Positions 1 to 12,057 of a stretch of 64,000 nucleotides of DNA are shown piece by piece. The notes below the pieces were generated by a model. The model saw only the letters and a list, made by a program, of their open reading frames with translations, was not told the DNA's origin and did no database searches. Every line of letters begins with the position of its first letter. The stretch's first letter is position 1. Made by a program: the position numbers and the translations under genes. The stretch is from Sideroxyarcus sp. (lineage in GTDB: Bacteria; Pseudomonadota; Gammaproteobacteria; Burkholderiales; Gallionellaceae): the NCBI GenBank assembly GCA_030652215.1, contig JAUSBC010000014.1:754-64753 (forward strand). The letters are read 5' to 3'.

Positions 1-25
1 TGGCAAAGAATTCAGCCCAGTTCAT
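1..25 (-). CDS. ccmD: Heme exporter protein D, 5' fragment (runs off window)
   Basis: ATG at 25-23 overlaps the ccmC stop (ATGA); reads MNWAEFFA..., a typical CcmD N-terminus; follows ccmC. Confidence 0.75.
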
Positions 26-777
26 GAGTGCTCCCCATTCATTTGTTTAACTTCCGGCAGATCGTTCACCCACTGCGTATTCGCTTCGCGTTCCAGAATG
101 ATGCCGCGCACGCGCGCCAACGCCACCGCGATGGCATACAACCAGCACGCCGCCATCACCGCAAACATGGCCTGCTGCATGGCGATATGCATGCTGGTGC
201 CGGACATTTTGATCGTGGCACCCTGGTGCAGGGTGTTCCACCATTTCACCGAGAAGTAAATGATGGGCACGTTCACCGAACCGACGATAGCCAGCAGCGC
301 GCTGGCTTTGTCGGCGCGACGCGTATCTTCAATCGAGGCATGCAGCGCAATGTAACCGAGGTACAGGAACAGCAGGATCAGTTCCGAAGTCAGGCGCGCA
401 TCCCACACCCACCACGCCCCCCACATCGGTTTGCCCCACAGCGCGCCGGACCACAGCGAGACGAAGGCGAACAGCGCGCCCGTCGGTGCCAGCGCCTGCG
501 CCATCATGGATGAGAGACGGGTATTGAAGATCAATCCCAGCGCCGCATAACCCGCCATGATGAGATAGATGAACATGGACAGGATGGACGCGGGAACATG
601 CAGGAAGATGATGCGATAGGCTTCGCTCTGCGTCGCATCCGTCGGCGCGACGAAAAAGCCGATGTATATTCCGATCGCGAACAGGATTGCTGCGGGCCAT
701 GCGAAATAGGGAATCAGTTTGCCCGCCAGACCGTAAAACGTCGTCGGTGCCGAATACTTGAACCAGTTGATAGCCAA
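22..777 (-). CDS. ccmC: Heme ABC exporter permease CcmC
   Basis: WWD motif WGKPMWGAWWVWDARLTS, plus HVP and LHQ His motifs; TTG start at 777 chosen to avoid overlap with ccmB. Confidence 0.95.
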   Translation of the reverse strand: MAINWFKYSAPTTFYGLAGKLIPYFAWPAAILFAIGIYIGFFVAPTDATQSEAYRIIFLHVPASILSMFIYLIMAGYAALGLIFNTRLSSMMAQALAPTGALFAFVSLWSGALWGKPMWGAWWVWDARLTSELILLFLYLGYIALHASIEDTRRADKASALLAIVGSVNVPIIYFSVKWWNTLHQGATIKMSGTSMHIAMQQAMFAVMAACWLYAIAVALARVRGIILEREANTQWVNDLPEVKQMNGEHS

Positions 778-781
778 ATTA

Positions 782-1465
782 TTACTCCATCGAAATACGC
801 AACGCCTGTGAAGCAACGAACGGCGTGAACACCAGCGCGAACAACATGAACGCACCCAGAAAAGACAGGTTGGAAGCAGCACTCATGCCACTGGTAACCG
901 CTTCCACCGCACCCGCGCCGAAAATCAGCACAGGGATGCACAGCGGCAACACCAACAACGACACCAGCACGCCGCCGCCGCGCAAACCCAGCGTCAGCGC
1001 CGCGCCTATCGCGCCTATCATACTCAAAACCGGCGTACCCAGCAGTAATGCCAGCACCAAAGTCCCCAACGCGGGAGCCGACATATCGAATTGAAGACCC
1101 AGCACCGGTGCAATCAGGGCCAGGGGCAGTCCGGACAGCATCCAGTGTGCAACAATCTTGCCCAGCACCAGTACCGACAGCGACTGCGGCGCGAGCATCA
1201 TTTGCTCCAGCGTCCCATCCGCATAGTCCGCCGAGAACATGCGCGGCAGCGACAGCATGGAAGCCAGCAAGGCCGCGACCCACACCACGCCGGGCGCCAT
1301 CTTGCGCAGCATGTCCATTTCCGGCCCGACACCGAGCGGGAACAGACTCACTACCATCACAAAGAAAATCAGCGTGGTCAGCACATCAGCGCGGCGGCGC
1401 ATCGCCAGCAACAGATCGCGCCGCACCACCAACCCCAGCAGACCGAACAGGGACATTTTTTTCAT
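782..1465 (-). CDS. ccmB: Heme exporter protein CcmB
   Basis: Hydrophobic, with DYADGTLEQ and LLVLPLCIPVLIFG motifs; in ccm operon. Confidence 0.95.
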   Translation of the reverse strand: MKKMSLFGLLGLVVRRDLLLAMRRRADVLTTLIFFVMVVSLFPLGVGPEMDMLRKMAPGVVWVAALLASMLSLPRMFSADYADGTLEQMMLAPQSLSVLVLGKIVAHWMLSGLPLALIAPVLGLQFDMSAPALGTLVLALLLGTPVLSMIGAIGAALTLGLRGGGVLVSLLVLPLCIPVLIFGAGAVEAVTSGMSAASNLSFLGAFMLFALVFTPFVASQALRISME

Positions 1466-1559
1466 GGCCGCACCTCCGAAACGTTACAGGCGAAGCCAGC
1501 CGTTTGCGGGAGGAGGTGCTGAGCTGTCATTCCCGCACCTGTCAAATTCGCACACCTTG

Positions 1560-2174
1560 TCATGACAGCGACAACTGCCTTGTTTCCACACCAGCGACCT
1601 GTAACGGCTGATGAGTGGTGAAAATTGTCATGCCGCCCTTCGACAGGTGCTCGCCGATTAGTTCCTGCATCAGCCCCACTGCCCCCACATCGAGTGCGGT
1701 CAATGGTTCATCCAATATCCATAAATGCGCATCGGTCGTCAGCAAGCGCGCCAGCGCCACTCTGCGCCGCTGGCCTTGCGACAAGACCTTTACCGGCAAA
1801 TGCTCGCGGCGTTGCAGCCCCATGCGGCGCAGGGCCGCAACGGCCTGTTGCTCCGTCAACGCATAACCGGCCAAGCCCGCGCTCATCTGCAGGTTTTCCA
1901 GCGCGTTCAGCTCGTCCTTGATTGCATTCAGGTGCCCCAGATACAGCAATTCGGCGTAGTAATCCTCGCCCAGATCGTGCACAGGTTTGCCATGCCAGAG
2001 AATCTCCCCCTCGTCGGGCGACAAAAAGCCGCACAGCGTGCGTAGCAGACTGGTCTTGCCGCTGCCGTTGGCGCCCTGCACCTGCATGATCTGCCCGGGG
2101 TGCAGCGAGAAACTCAATCCGGAAAACAAGCGATGATCGCCGCGACTGCACGCAAGATTGCCGACTTCCAGCAT
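1560..2174 (-). CDS. ccmA: Heme ABC exporter ATPase CcmA
   Basis: Walker A GANGSGKT, signature LSQGQRRRVALARL, WILDEP; start at MLEVGNL. Confidence 0.95.
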   Translation of the reverse strand: MLEVGNLACSRGDHRLFSGLSFSLHPGQIMQVQGANGSGKTSLLRTLCGFLSPDEGEILWHGKPVHDLGEDYYAELLYLGHLNAIKDELNALENLQMSAGLAGYALTEQQAVAALRRMGLQRREHLPVKVLSQGQRRRVALARLLTTDAHLWILDEPLTALDVGAVGLMQELIGEHLSKGGMTIFTTHQPLQVAGVETRQLSLS

Positions 2175-2401
2175 GAAAGGAAAACCCAAAATGAACAGCG
2201 GGGAATTATATACGATTAACCGTGGGGCTTCACTCAAGTACCCGCACTGCGCAAAACGGCGGAGGCATGCAACGCAAGCCTCTCGCCTGCACGATTACAT
2301 TATTGCCGCTTCCCGCGTGTCCACAAACACGATCAGCCTAATGGTGTATTTCAAGCGAATGCATCAGTTCCCAACCATCGCCATCACGTCTTATTGTTAC
2401 C

Positions 2402-3118
2402 CTATTTCCCGGGAGCCTTGGCAACAGACTGGCGGCGATCAGGCAAGCGCGAAAGGAAGTCAGCCATTGCCTCCATGTCGTTGGGCGAAACTTCGCGCAA
2501 CGACGTAACCATATCGGGATGGGAGTTGCCGCGCGCCATGGTTTTGATGAGCTCCATTTCCCGCAGCAGATAGCTGTAGTGCTGGGCAGCCAACGCCGGA
2601 TAGAGCTTTTCTCCGTTGCCCTCCCCCCGGCTGCCGTGGCATTTGACACATCCCTTTTGCACGTAAACGGATTCACCGAGCGCCAGTTGATCGCCCGGCC
2701 CCTTGCCGTTTTCCTTGATGGTGGTTGCCTGGGAAAGGAAAGCCGCAATATCGGCAATCTCGTCCACCGTAATGGCATCGAACGAAATGAAGGGTTCCAT
2801 TTTCGGGTTAAGACGCAAACCGGCGCGGATGTCGGTCAATTGCTTGATGATCACCGAAGCGTATTGCCCGGTGAGCCTCGGGTAAATACCGTCGACCCGG
2901 CCAAAAGCATCCTGCTTGTGACAACCGCGGCATCCGCGATACGCTTCCTGTCCGAGCGCCACGTCGCCTTTCTTGCGCACTGCCTCAGCACGCTCCGGGG
3001 TCAATCTATTCCATACATAGCCCTTGCTGCCAATCCCCTGGTTAACCATAGCGGGCGTATCGGCTAAAACTGCGGATGCCGGCAGCAGCGCCAGCGCAAA
3101 AAAAAGCAATGCTCTCAT
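2402..3118 (-). CDS. Periplasmic diheme c-type cytochrome (c4-like)
   Basis: Signal peptide; two CxxCH motifs (CRGCH, CVKCH); YPRLTGQ and YPALAAQ c4-type motifs. Confidence 0.9.
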   Translation of the reverse strand: MRALLFFALALLPASAVLADTPAMVNQGIGSKGYVWNRLTPERAEAVRKKGDVALGQEAYRGCRGCHKQDAFGRVDGIYPRLTGQYASVIIKQLTDIRAGLRLNPKMEPFISFDAITVDEIADIAAFLSQATTIKENGKGPGDQLALGESVYVQKGCVKCHGSRGEGNGEKLYPALAAQHYSYLLREMELIKTMARGNSHPDMVTSLREVSPNDMEAMADFLSRLPDRRQSVAKAPGK

Positions 3119-3121
3119 TGA

Positions 3122-3778
3122 TCATTCCCCCTTTAAACTGGTGATATATTCGGACACCGCTTGCATATCCTGCTCGGTCATGCGCATGGCGATAGCGCGC
3201 ATGACTTTCCTGGCATCATTGTTACGCACCTGGTTCTTAAAGTTCAGCAACTGGGTATTCGTATAGCTCGCGTGCTGTCCCGCCAGGCGAGGGAAGTTGT
3301 TGGCACCCTCACCCTTCTCGCCGTGACAACCGCCGCAAGCCGGAACCGCGTTATCAACGATGCCCTCGGCATAAATCATCAGACCTTTCGCCGCCAGATT
3401 CTGGTCTGTCACAACGCCGGAGATTCGTTTCTGTTTGCTGTAGTAAGCGGCCAATAATTCGATTTCCGAGTCCGCAATCTGGGTGGCTATCGGCCCCATG
3501 ATCTCGCTAACGCGCTTGAACTTCTTGAAATCGGCAATTTGTTTGGTGAAGTATGCAACATCAAGTCCCGCTATTTTCGGATAATCCGGCACCACGCTGT
3601 TGCCGTCCTCATTGTGGCAGGCTGTGCACACAGGATTAGGCGGATCCTCTGCCCGAACTGCAAGCGGCAACAACGCGGATGCCAGAAATGCCAACGCCAG
3701 GATCAAAGTGGCGTTGTTGCCACTTCCTGCCCGGCGAGGTCGCAGAATCTGCGCTGAAACCTTTCCTGTCTCGATCAT
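3122..3778 (-). CDS. Periplasmic diheme cytochrome c4
   Basis: Two CxxCH motifs (CTACH, CGGCH); YPKIAG and FPRLAGQH; signal-like hydrophobic stretch; exact start uncertain. Confidence 0.9.
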   Translation of the reverse strand: MIETGKVSAQILRPRRAGSGNNATLILALAFLASALLPLAVRAEDPPNPVCTACHNEDGNSVVPDYPKIAGLDVAYFTKQIADFKKFKRVSEIMGPIATQIADSEIELLAAYYSKQKRISGVVTDQNLAAKGLMIYAEGIVDNAVPACGGCHGEKGEGANNFPRLAGQHASYTNTQLLNFKNQVRNNDARKVMRAIAMRMTEQDMQAVSEYITSLKGE

Positions 3779-4212
3779 TTATTACCCCTCCCAACATTCA
3801 TTAGCGACTGATCGCCTCCCACAACAAATGTACCTGTCCGCGCCACAATTTGCAGTGTTAATTTCCGCCTTCGCAATGGTCTCTTTCACGAAAGGCTGAG
3901 AATCGCTCCCAAATTATTCGAGGTTCGACATTCCAGGCAACACAATCCAATACTATCCAAATACCGCATTTTTGCTGATTCTATTACAACCTATCCCGGC
4001 TGCAGCCGATTTACACCGACGATTCCTGACAAAAACTGACTTGATACTGCTCCCGCAACTGCATATGCCATCACAACAGGACATATGGATAGTCTGCCGA
4101 ACGTCGGCAATGCTTTGCCCCTCCCCAATTGCTATGTCGGCTGCCGTCAAGCGGGTGCAATTGCAGCTATAATGAAAAGCTGTAGAACAGATCAATTGCA
4201 GGGGATATAAGC

Positions 4213-4998
4213 ATGGGTTTTTTGGCCAACAAACGCATTCTAGTCACGGGCATGCTGAGCAACCGCTCGATTGCCTACGGGGTCGCGCAAGCCATGCATC
4301 GCCAGGGGGCAGAACTGGCCTTCACCTACCAAGGCGAGCGAGTCAAGGATCGCGTCGCGGAATTGGCCAAAGAATTCGACAGCGCATTGGTATTTCCCTG
4401 CGATGTTGCGGTTGATGCCGAGGTCGACCGCCTTTTTGCAGAGCTGGGGGGCCATTGGGGAAAATTCGACGGATTCGTGCACGCCATCGCTTTCGCACCT
4501 CGCGAAGCGCTGGACGGCGAGTTCCTCGACGGATTCAGCCGCGAAGCCTTCCGCATTGCACACGATATCAGCGCTTACAGTTTCCCGGCTTTGGCCAAGG
4601 CCGCATTGCCGCACCTGAACGACAAGTCCGCCTTGCTTACCCTGAGCTATCTCGGCGCGGTGCGCACCATGCCGCACTACAACGTGATGGGCATGGCCAA
4701 GGCCAGCCTGGAGGCCAGCGTGCGCTATCTGGCAATGGAGTTGGGGCAAAAAGGAATACGTGCCAACGGTATTTCTGCCGGCCCGATCAAAACTCTGGCT
4801 GCGGCAGGTATCGGCGACTTCGGCAAATTGCTCGCCTACAACGCAAAGCACGCCCCGCTCAAGCGCAACATCACCATAGAGGAAGTCGGCAATGTGGCGG
4901 CATTCCTGTGCAGCGATCTGGCCAGCGGCGTCACCGGCGAGATCACCTATGTGGACGGCGGTTTCAACACCACGGCGCTGGGCTCCACCGAGGCTTGA
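4213..4998 (+). CDS. fabI: Enoyl-ACP reductase FabI
   Basis: [39 protein letters not shown]; GGGGA RBS upstream. Confidence 0.97.
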   Translation: MGFLANKRILVTGMLSNRSIAYGVAQAMHRQGAELAFTYQGERVKDRVAELAKEFDSALVFPCDVAVDAEVDRLFAELGGHWGKFDGFVHAIAFAPREALDGEFLDGFSREAFRIAHDISAYSFPALAKAALPHLNDKSALLTLSYLGAVRTMPHYNVMGMAKASLEASVRYLAMELGQKGIRANGISAGPIKTLAAAGIGDFGKLLAYNAKHAPLKRNITIEEVGNVAAFLCSDLASGVTGEITYVDGGFNTTALGSTEA

Positions 4999-5012
4999 GA
5001 TTTCGTTCCGTA

Positions 5013-5049
5013 AAAATAAAACGCCGCTCGATGAGCGGCGTTTTATTTT
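5013..5049. terminator. Bidirectional rho-independent terminator between fabI and ppiD
   Basis: Inverted repeat AAAATAAAACGCCGCTC-gat-GAGCGGCGTTTTATTTT between convergent genes. Confidence 0.85.
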
Positions 5050-5067
5050 GCATCCGGTTCAAACCTT

Positions 5068-6954
5068 CTATTTCTTTTCTTCCGCGGAAAAATCTTTCAT
5101 TGTGATGTCCGCGCGTTTCTTCGCATCCGCAAGATAGGACATCAACAACTCCTCACCCGTGATCTGGCGTATCTGTTGCGCATAGCCACTGCGCTTGGCG
5201 TCGTCGATCACAGCGGGAGCCTTGACTGCATCAATGCGCGCCAATGCGTAACCGCCGCCGCTGGCTACGCCCACATAAGCCGGCAACTTTCCGGTGTCCG
5301 CGCCGAACACTGCCTGCAACAAGCCGGGCTCGATACCCGAACGCTGATTGCGCGTAAGGAACTGGGCTGCATTCCAGTTGACGGCGGCTTTTTCGCCGCG
5401 CTGCAATTGCTCCAGCATCTTCTGGCCTTGCTGCAGCGCCAATTCTGCCGCTTGCTGCTTTTCAAGTTTCTGCCTGATGCCCGCCGACACTTCATTCAAT
5501 GGACGCGCACTCGCCGGTTTGTATTCGACCACGCGAGCCGACAGCAAGGTGTTTGGCGCAACTTCAACCGCCGCAGTATTGCGTTTGTTTTTCAGCGCAT
5601 CCTCGGAAAATACCGCTTCGAGCGCTTTTTCGGTCCACAGCCCGGCGGGCGCCTGCCCCTTGCTCAACCACACGCCGCGCTGCACCGTTGCGCCGATCAA
5701 ATCGGCAGCAGGCTTCAGGCTGTCGCTTTGCTCGTAAACGCTGTTGTTGAACCCCTCGGCCAACTCGGCAAATTTGTCGCCGGCATGCTGCAGCTTCAGG
5801 CGCTGGGCGATCAGGTTCTTCACTTCGCCCAAGGGTTGAATCTTCGCCGGTTTCGCTGCCAGCAGCTTGATGATGTGGTAACCGTAGTCAGTCTGGACCA
5901 GGCCGCTCAATTCGCCCACCTCCAGGCTGAACACGCTGTCCTCGAACGGCTTCACCATGGCGCCGCGCCCGAACATGCCCAAGTCGCCGCCGTTGGCTGC
6001 CGAACCCGGATCTTGCGAATGCTGTTTCGCCAAAGCGGCAAATTTGGAAGGCGCTTGTTTGATCTCCTGCAGTATTTGCTCGGCCTTGGCCTTGGCTGCC
6101 TGCCTGTCCGCATCGGACGCCTGCTTCGCAACCGTAATCAATATATGTGCCGCCTGGCGCTGCTCCTGAGTGCCGAATTCGGCTTGATGTTCTTCGTAAT
6201 ATTGCTTGATTTCGGCGTCGTTCACCGACACCTGCGGCAACAATGCGTCTGCGGAAAGAACTACATATTCAACGCTGGCGCGTTCCGGTACCTGGAATTC
6301 TTGCGCGTTGCTGTTGTAATAATCGTTTACGGCACTATCCGGCACCTTCACCTGCTTGGCGAACGCGGCGGCATCAAGTCTCGCCACGGCGACGCTGCGT
6401 TGCTGCTCGTTCAGTCGAATCAGATTTTCTGCCACTGCGTCTGCCGCGTATCCGTTCTGGGCATAAGCTTCGGTCAGTTGCTGCGCAAGCACTGCCTGGC
6501 GAATCTCGGCATCGAAGCCCGACGGAGTCTTGCCTTTCTCTCTGAGTACCGCTTCGTAGCGCTGTCTGTCGAATTTTCCATCCGTCTGAAAGTCGCCGAT
6601 GTTGATGAGTATCTGCCCGATCTGCTCGTTGGTCAGACTCAGTCCGGCCTTGCGCGCTTCCAGTGCAATCACGCGCTGGGTAACCAGTCCATCCAGGACG
6701 GAATGCTTGATCTCGGGCTTGTCGAAAAATGTGGGGTCGAAGTTGGCACCGGCCATTTCGCGAATTCGTTGCTGCTGTTGATTCAGCGCATAGTCAAATT
6801 CCTGCTGCCCGATCTTTTCACCATTGACCGACGCCAGCACCGCGCCGTCGCCAGACTTCTGGTATGAGTCCACTCCCCACAAGGCAAAGGGCACAATGAT
6901 GAGTGCCAGCACGATCTGCACTGGCCGTCTGTTTTCCTGCACGAAATCGAACAT
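5068..6954 (-). CDS. ppiD: PpiD-type periplasmic chaperone / parvulin PPIase with SurA N-terminal domain
   Basis: N-terminal TM; parvulin motifs [25 protein letters not shown]; canonical position after hupB. Confidence 0.9.
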   Translation of the reverse strand: MFDFVQENRRPVQIVLALIIVPFALWGVDSYQKSGDGAVLASVNGEKIGQQEFDYALNQQQQRIREMAGANFDPTFFDKPEIKHSVLDGLVTQRVIALEARKAGLSLTNEQIGQILINIGDFQTDGKFDRQRYEAVLREKGKTPSGFDAEIRQAVLAQQLTEAYAQNGYAADAVAENLIRLNEQQRSVAVARLDAAAFAKQVKVPDSAVNDYYNSNAQEFQVPERASVEYVVLSADALLPQVSVNDAEIKQYYEEHQAEFGTQEQRQAAHILITVAKQASDADRQAAKAKAEQILQEIKQAPSKFAALAKQHSQDPGSAANGGDLGMFGRGAMVKPFEDSVFSLEVGELSGLVQTDYGYHIIKLLAAKPAKIQPLGEVKNLIAQRLKLQHAGDKFAELAEGFNNSVYEQSDSLKPAADLIGATVQRGVWLSKGQAPAGLWTEKALEAVFSEDALKNKRNTAAVEVAPNTLLSARVVEYKPASARPLNEVSAGIRQKLEKQQAAELALQQGQKMLEQLQRGEKAAVNWNAAQFLTRNQRSGIEPGLLQAVFGADTGKLPAYVGVASGGGYALARIDAVKAPAVIDDAKRSGYAQQIRQITGEELLMSYLADAKKRADITMKDFSAEEKK

Positions 6955-7001
6955 AGCCACCTACCCGAAAGAACGGACGCCGTTTTCGGACATCCCATAT
7001 G

Positions 7002-7026
7002 AAAAAAGGCGAACTTTCGTTCGCCT
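7002..7026 (-). terminator. Terminator after tRNA-Asp
   Basis: Minus strand AGGCGAAC-GAAA-GTTCGCCT followed by a T-run. Confidence 0.7.
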
Positions 7027-7031
7027 CTGTT

Positions 7032-7108
7032 TGGCGGAGTGGACGGGACTCGAACCCGCGACCCCCGGCGTGACAGGCCGGTATTCTAACCAACTGAACT
7101 ACCACTCC
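7032..7108 (-). tRNA. tRNA-Asp(GTC)
   Basis: 77 nt, GGAGTGGTAGTTCAG...CTGTCAC...GGTTCGAGTCC...CCA. Confidence 0.97.
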
Positions 7109-7141
7109 AAAAACTTGTACAACTTGCAAAACTAAAACTGC

Positions 7142-7217
7142 TGGTGGGTGCTGACGGGATCGAACCGCCGACAATCGCCTTGTAAGGGCGGTGCTCTACC
7201 AGCTGAGCTAAGCACCC
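7142..7217 (-). tRNA. tRNA-Val(TAC)
   Basis: 76 nt, GGGTGCTTAGCTCAG...CTTACAA...GGTTCGATCC...CCA. Confidence 0.97.
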
Positions 7218-7228
7218 GACAAAGAACG

Positions 7229-7504
7229 TTAGTTTACAGCATCTTTCAAACCTTTGCCAGCGCGAAATTTAGGAACTTTCGCTGCCTTGATTTTAATTGT
7301 GGCGCCAGTGCGCGGATTGCGGCCATTTCGCGCAGCGCGCTTGCCTACATAGAACGTGCCAAAGCCCACCAGGCTAACGAGTTCGCCCTTCTTCAAGGTT
7401 TTCTTGATGGACTCGATGGTGGCATCCAATGCTCGACCAGCAGCGGCTTTGGAAATGTCGGCGGATTTTGCAATTGCTTCGATCAGATCAGATTTATTAC
7501 TCAC
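7229..7504 (-). CDS. hupB: DNA-binding protein HU-beta
   Basis: [36 protein letters not shown]. Confidence 0.96.
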   Translation of the reverse strand: MSNKSDLIEAIAKSADISKAAAGRALDATIESIKKTLKKGELVSLVGFGTFYVGKRAARNGRNPRTGATIKIKAAKVPKFRAGKGLKDAVN

Positions 7505-7555
7505 GCGATTCCCCTTTGCTTGTTGGTTGAGAACACAGGAAGGCCCTGGAGCGGC

Positions 7556-7584
7556 TTTATATCAAGGGTTTTGGAGCGGGTCAA
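7556..7584 (-). promoter_or_regulatory. Sigma70-type promoter of hupB
   Basis: Minus strand TTGACC-17 nt-TATAAA. Confidence 0.65.
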
Positions 7585-7631
7585 GCAAATGCAAACACAA
7601 GCGCAAATTGCTTGACCCTTTAGATAGCCCG

Positions 7632-10049
7632 TCAATGCTTGATTGCAGGCGATGTCGCCGTTTCGGTGATGACCGCTGGCGATGTCACAGCGGCAACTTC
7701 AGGCTCCAGCAATGGCTCCGGCTTGCGTTCCAGCGCCAACGCCAGCACTTGTTCGATCCACTTCACAGGATGGATGTCCAGTTTGCTTTTTACGTTGTCG
7801 GGAATCTCGACCAGATCCTTGGTGTTTTCCTCCGGAATAAGGACAACCTTGATTCCACCGCGTTGCGCTGCCAGCAGTTTTTCCTTCAACCCGCCGATGG
7901 GCAGCACCTCGCCTCGCAGCGTAATCTCACCGGTCATCGCCACATCGGCCCGCACCGGAATACCCGTCAGCGCCGAAACCATCGCGGTGCAGATGCCGAT
8001 ACCGGCACTCGGACCGTCCTTGGGCGTCGCCCCTTCCGGCAAGTGAATGTGCAGGTCGCTCTTCTCGTAGAAGTTACCCTGGATGCCCAATGTTCGCGCA
8101 CGGCTGCGCACGACACTCAATGCAGCCTGGATGGACTCCTGCATCACTTCGCCCAGCTTGCCGGTGGTTGTGGTTTTGCCTTTGCCCGGCAACACGGCGG
8201 TTTCGATGGTCAGCAATTCGCCGCCCACTTCGGTCCACGCCAAACCGGTGACCTGACCGACCTGATTGGTTTTTTCCGCGATGCCGTAGCTGTAACGGCG
8301 CACGCCCAGATACTTGTCCAGATTGCGGGCGTTGACAGTAACCTTGGATTCGCGGCCTTTCAGCAACAGCGCCTTCACCACCTTGCGGCATATCTTGGAC
8401 AGTTCGCGTTCCAAGCTGCGCACACCGGCTTCGCGCGTGTAGTAACGCAGGATGTCGCGTATCGCGCTCTCGGAGACGCCAATCTCTTCTTCCTTCAGGC
8501 CGTTGTTCTTGATGGCCTTGGGCAACAGATAGCGCGTGGCGATATTGACCTTCTCATCCTCGGTGTAGCTGGATACATGGATAACTTCCATGCGGTCCAG
8601 CAGCGGCGCAGGGATGTTCATGCTGTTGGACGTGGCGACAAACATCACGTCGGACAGGTCGTATTCGACCTCGACGTAGTGGTCGACGAAAGTATGGTTC
8701 TGCTCCGGGTCCAGCACTTCCAGCAATGCCGACGAGGGATCGCCGCGAAAATCCATGCCCATCTTGTCCACTTCGTCCAGCAGGAACAGCGGATTTTTCA
8801 CGCCGACCTTGGTCATGTTCTGCAAGATCTTGCCCGGCATGGAACCGATGTAGGTACGGCGATGGCCGCGTATTTCGGACTCGTCGCGCACACCGCCCAG
8901 CGACATGCGTACGAACTTGCGATTGGTCGCGCGCGCGATGGACTGACCCAGCGAAGTCTTGCCCACACCGGGAGGACCGACCAGGCACAGGATGGGCGCT
9001 TTCATTTTGGTCACGCGCTGTTGCACCGCGAGATACTCAACGATGCGTTCCTTAACCTTGTCCAGACCGTAGTGATCGGCTTCCAGCACATCTTCGGCAT
9101 GTTTCAGATCGGTATCGATCTTGGTCTTTTTCTTCCAGGGCAGCCCAACCAGCACGTCGATGTAGTTGCGCACCACGGTCGCTTCTGCGGACATCGGCGA
9201 CATCAGGCGCAGCTTCTTCAGTTCGGCCTCGGCTTTGGCGCGTGCATCCTTGGGCATGTGCGCAGCCTTGATCTTCTTCTCGACTTCCTCGATGTCCGCG
9301 CCGTCTTCGCCTTCGCCCAGTTCTTTCTGGATGGCTTTGACCTGCTCGTTCAGGTAGTACTCGCGCTGGCTCTTTTCCATCTGGCGTTTAACGCGGCCGC
9401 GAATGCGCTTTTCAACCTGCATGATATCCAGCTCGGCTTCCAGCAAGCCCAGCAGATGTTCAAGACGCAGACGCACATCGAATATCTCCAGCACTTCCTG
9501 TTTCTGCTCCAGCTTGAGCGGCAAGTGTGCGGCGATAGTGTCGGCCAAGCGGCCGGCATCGTCTATGCCCGCCAGCGAAGTCAGAATCTCCGGCGGAATC
9601 TTCTTGTTGAGTTTGACGTACTGGTCGAATTGATTGATCAACGCGCGGCGCATCGCCTCGGCCTCATGCCCGATTTCCTCGTCGGCGGGCACCGGCTGTA
9701 TCTCGGCATCCAGATGCGATTTGTCGTCGAATATGCGCAACACCTTGGCACGCTGAGTGCCTTCCACCAGCACTTTAACCGTGCCGTCCGGCAGTTTCAG
9801 CATTTGCAGGATGTTGGCTATGCTGCCGATGCGGTAGATGTCTTCGGTCGCAGGCTCGTCTTTGGCAGCGGACTTTTGCGCCACCAGCACGATGCTCTTG
9901 CCCGCTTCCATGGCCGCTTCCAGCGCCTTGATGGATTTTGCGCGGCCGACGAACAGCGGGATGACCATATGCGGAAATACCACCACGTCGCGCAATGGCA
10001 ACAGGGGGAATAGGTCGGCAGTTGTTGCGATAGATTCGTTTTCGGCCAT
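7632..10049 (-). CDS. lon: ATP-dependent protease La
   Basis: [19 protein letters not shown], catalytic PKDGPSAG. Confidence 0.98.
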   Translation of the reverse strand: MAENESIATTADLFPLLPLRDVVVFPHMVIPLFVGRAKSIKALEAAMEAGKSIVLVAQKSAAKDEPATEDIYRIGSIANILQMLKLPDGTVKVLVEGTQRAKVLRIFDDKSHLDAEIQPVPADEEIGHEAEAMRRALINQFDQYVKLNKKIPPEILTSLAGIDDAGRLADTIAAHLPLKLEQKQEVLEIFDVRLRLEHLLGLLEAELDIMQVEKRIRGRVKRQMEKSQREYYLNEQVKAIQKELGEGEDGADIEEVEKKIKAAHMPKDARAKAEAELKKLRLMSPMSAEATVVRNYIDVLVGLPWKKKTKIDTDLKHAEDVLEADHYGLDKVKERIVEYLAVQQRVTKMKAPILCLVGPPGVGKTSLGQSIARATNRKFVRMSLGGVRDESEIRGHRRTYIGSMPGKILQNMTKVGVKNPLFLLDEVDKMGMDFRGDPSSALLEVLDPEQNHTFVDHYVEVEYDLSDVMFVATSNSMNIPAPLLDRMEVIHVSSYTEDEKVNIATRYLLPKAIKNNGLKEEEIGVSESAIRDILRYYTREAGVRSLERELSKICRKVVKALLLKGRESKVTVNARNLDKYLGVRRYSYGIAEKTNQVGQVTGLAWTEVGGELLTIETAVLPGKGKTTTTGKLGEVMQESIQAALSVVRSRARTLGIQGNFYEKSDLHIHLPEGATPKDGPSAGIGICTAMVSALTGIPVRADVAMTGEITLRGEVLPIGGLKEKLLAAQRGGIKVVLIPEENTKDLVEIPDNVKSKLDIHPVKWIEQVLALALERKPEPLLEPEVAAVTSPAVITETATSPAIKH

Positions 10050-10083
10050 GATTCGGGACTCGGATAATTAGGGTACGGCAGTG

Positions 10084-10111
10084 ATGTGGGGGCAGAGCCC
10101 GGGAATTCAAG
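10084..10111 (-). promoter_or_regulatory. Sigma32 (RpoH) heat-shock promoter of lon
   Basis: Minus strand CTTGAA-14 nt-CCCCACAT, close to the RpoH consensus CTTGAA-N13/14-CCCCATNT. Confidence 0.7.
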
Positions 10112-10129
10112 CCCTGCCCGCCAAGGCCG

Positions 10130-11386
10130 TTATGCGACCTTGGGCGTATCCGCGTACATCACCATGGGTTGTATCTCGCCCGCGCTATTTTCGTCCAACA
10201 CCACTTTGCTTACATTCTCTGCAGACGGCAGATCGAACATGGTATCCAGCAAGGCATTTTCCAGAATGGAGCGCAAACCGCGCGCACCGGTCTTGCGGGC
10301 CAGCGCCTTCTTGGCGATCACGTTCAACACACCCTCGCGGAATTCAAGCTCGACGCCTTCCATTGCAAACAATTTCTGGTATTGCTTGGTCAGTGCATTC
10401 TTGGGTTGCGTCAATATTTGCATCAGTGCCGCCTCATCCAGACCTTCCAGCGTCGCAACCACCGGCAAACGGCCGACAAACTCCGGGATCAGGCCGAACT
10501 TGATCAAATCTTCCGGCTCCACGCCGCGCAGCACGGCGCCGATATCCTTGTTGTCTTCGCGCTTGGAAAGATTGGCCGAAAAACCGATCCCGGCTTTTTC
10601 CGAGCGATTGCGGATTACCTTTTCCAGGCCGTCGAACGCGCCGCCGCAGATGAACAGGATATTGCTGGTGTCCACTTGCAGGAACTCGGTATTGGGATGC
10701 TTGCGCCCGCCCTGCGGAGGGATAGACGCCTTGGTGCCTTCGATCAGCTTGAGCAAGGCCTGTTGCACGCCCTCGCCCGACACGTCGCGGGTGATGGACG
10801 GGTTGTCCGACTTGCGCGAAATCTTGTCGATCTCGTCGATATAGACGATGCCGCGCTGCGCGCGTTCCACGTCGTATTCGCAGGCCTGCAACAGCTTCTG
10901 AATGATGTTCTCAACATCCTCGCCGACATAACCCGCTTCGGTCAACGTCGTTGCATCCGCCATCACGAACGGCACATTGAGCAAACGCGCCAGAGTTTGC
11001 GCCAGTAGCGTCTTGCCCGAACCGGTAGGTCCCACCAGCAGGATATTGCTCTTGGCCAACTCCACGCCGTCCTTGTCCGTGTTCTTCAGGCGTTTGTAGT
11101 GGTTGTACACCGCCACCGACAGAATCTTCTTTGCCTGGCGTTGCCCGATGACATATTCGTCCAGACGTTCGCAAATATCGTGCGGAACCGGCAGTTCGTT
11201 CTTGTCGGTCTTGTCCCCGCCTATGCTGCTCTGTGTCTCTTCGCGAATGATGTCGTTGCACAGCGCGATGCATTCGTCGCACACGAACACCGACGGTCCC
11301 GCGATCAGCTTGCGCACTTCGTGCTGGCTCTTTCCGCAGAACGAGCAGTACAGCAGCTTGTCACCTTTATTCTTGTCCGACGTCAT
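10130..11386 (-). CDS. clpX: Clp protease ATPase ClpX
   Basis: C4 zinc finger [19 protein letters not shown] loop. Confidence 0.98.
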   Translation of the reverse strand: MTSDKNKGDKLLYCSFCGKSQHEVRKLIAGPSVFVCDECIALCNDIIREETQSSIGGDKTDKNELPVPHDICERLDEYVIGQRQAKKILSVAVYNHYKRLKNTDKDGVELAKSNILLVGPTGSGKTLLAQTLARLLNVPFVMADATTLTEAGYVGEDVENIIQKLLQACEYDVERAQRGIVYIDEIDKISRKSDNPSITRDVSGEGVQQALLKLIEGTKASIPPQGGRKHPNTEFLQVDTSNILFICGGAFDGLEKVIRNRSEKAGIGFSANLSKREDNKDIGAVLRGVEPEDLIKFGLIPEFVGRLPVVATLEGLDEAALMQILTQPKNALTKQYQKLFAMEGVELEFREGVLNVIAKKALARKTGARGLRSILENALLDTMFDLPSAENVSKVVLDENSAGEIQPMVMYADTPKVA

Positions 11387-11428
11387 TTGTACCTCCGCTC
11401 CGAATCTATCGGCAGCTTGCCTGTTTAC

Positions 11429-12055
11429 TTAAACCCGCTTGTCCAGCACTTTATCAACCAGGCCGTATTCCACCGCCTCGCTGGCCGTCAGGAAATTGTC
11501 GCGCTCGCTGTCGCGGGCGATCTCTTCCACGGTGCGTCCGGTGTGATGCGCCATCAGGGCATAAAGACGTTCGCGCAAACTCAAAATGTACTTGGCATGG
11601 ATCTCGATATCCGATGCCTGACCCCGGAAACCGCCCAGCGGCTGGTGGATCATCACCGTGGAATTGGGCAACGCAAAACGCTTGTCCTTCGCGCCCGCCT
11701 GCAGCAGGAAAGCGCCCATGGATGCCGCCATGCCGATGCACAGGGTTGAAACCTGCGGCTTGATGAACTGCATGGTGTCGTAAATTGCCATACCCGCCGA
11801 GATCGAACCGCCCGGTGAATTGATGTAGAAATGGATGTCCTTGTCCGGATTTTCCGATTCCAGGAACAGCATTTGCGCCACGATCAGATTGGCCGTATGG
11901 TCATTGACCTCGCCCACCAGAAACACCACCCGCTCCTTGAGCAGGCGCGAATAGATGTCGTAGGCGCGCTCACCGCGCCCGCTGGTCTCGACCACCATCG
12001 GGATCATGCCGATATCCTGCGGCTCCATTGGTTGCGCGGTGGCGTTATACATCAT
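11429..12055 (-). CDS. clpP: Clp protease proteolytic subunit
   Basis: [27 protein letters not shown]. Confidence 0.98.
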   Translation of the reverse strand: MMYNATAQPMEPQDIGMIPMVVETSGRGERAYDIYSRLLKERVVFLVGEVNDHTANLIVAQMLFLESENPDKDIHFYINSPGGSISAGMAIYDTMQFIKPQVSTLCIGMAASMGAFLLQAGAKDKRFALPNSTVMIHQPLGGFRGQASDIEIHAKYILSLRERLYALMAHHTGRTVEEIARDSERDNFLTASEAVEYGLVDKVLDKRV

Positions 12056-12057
12056 GC

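Noticed and set aside
3779-4212. Small ORFs or an ncRNA between cytochrome c4 and fabI
   Set aside because: No RBS or motif support; consistent with a divergent promoter region (TATAAT at 4168-4173).
7356-10013. 885-aa plus-strand ORF
   Set aside because: Antisense shadow of lon caused by GC-rich codon bias; no recognisable motifs.
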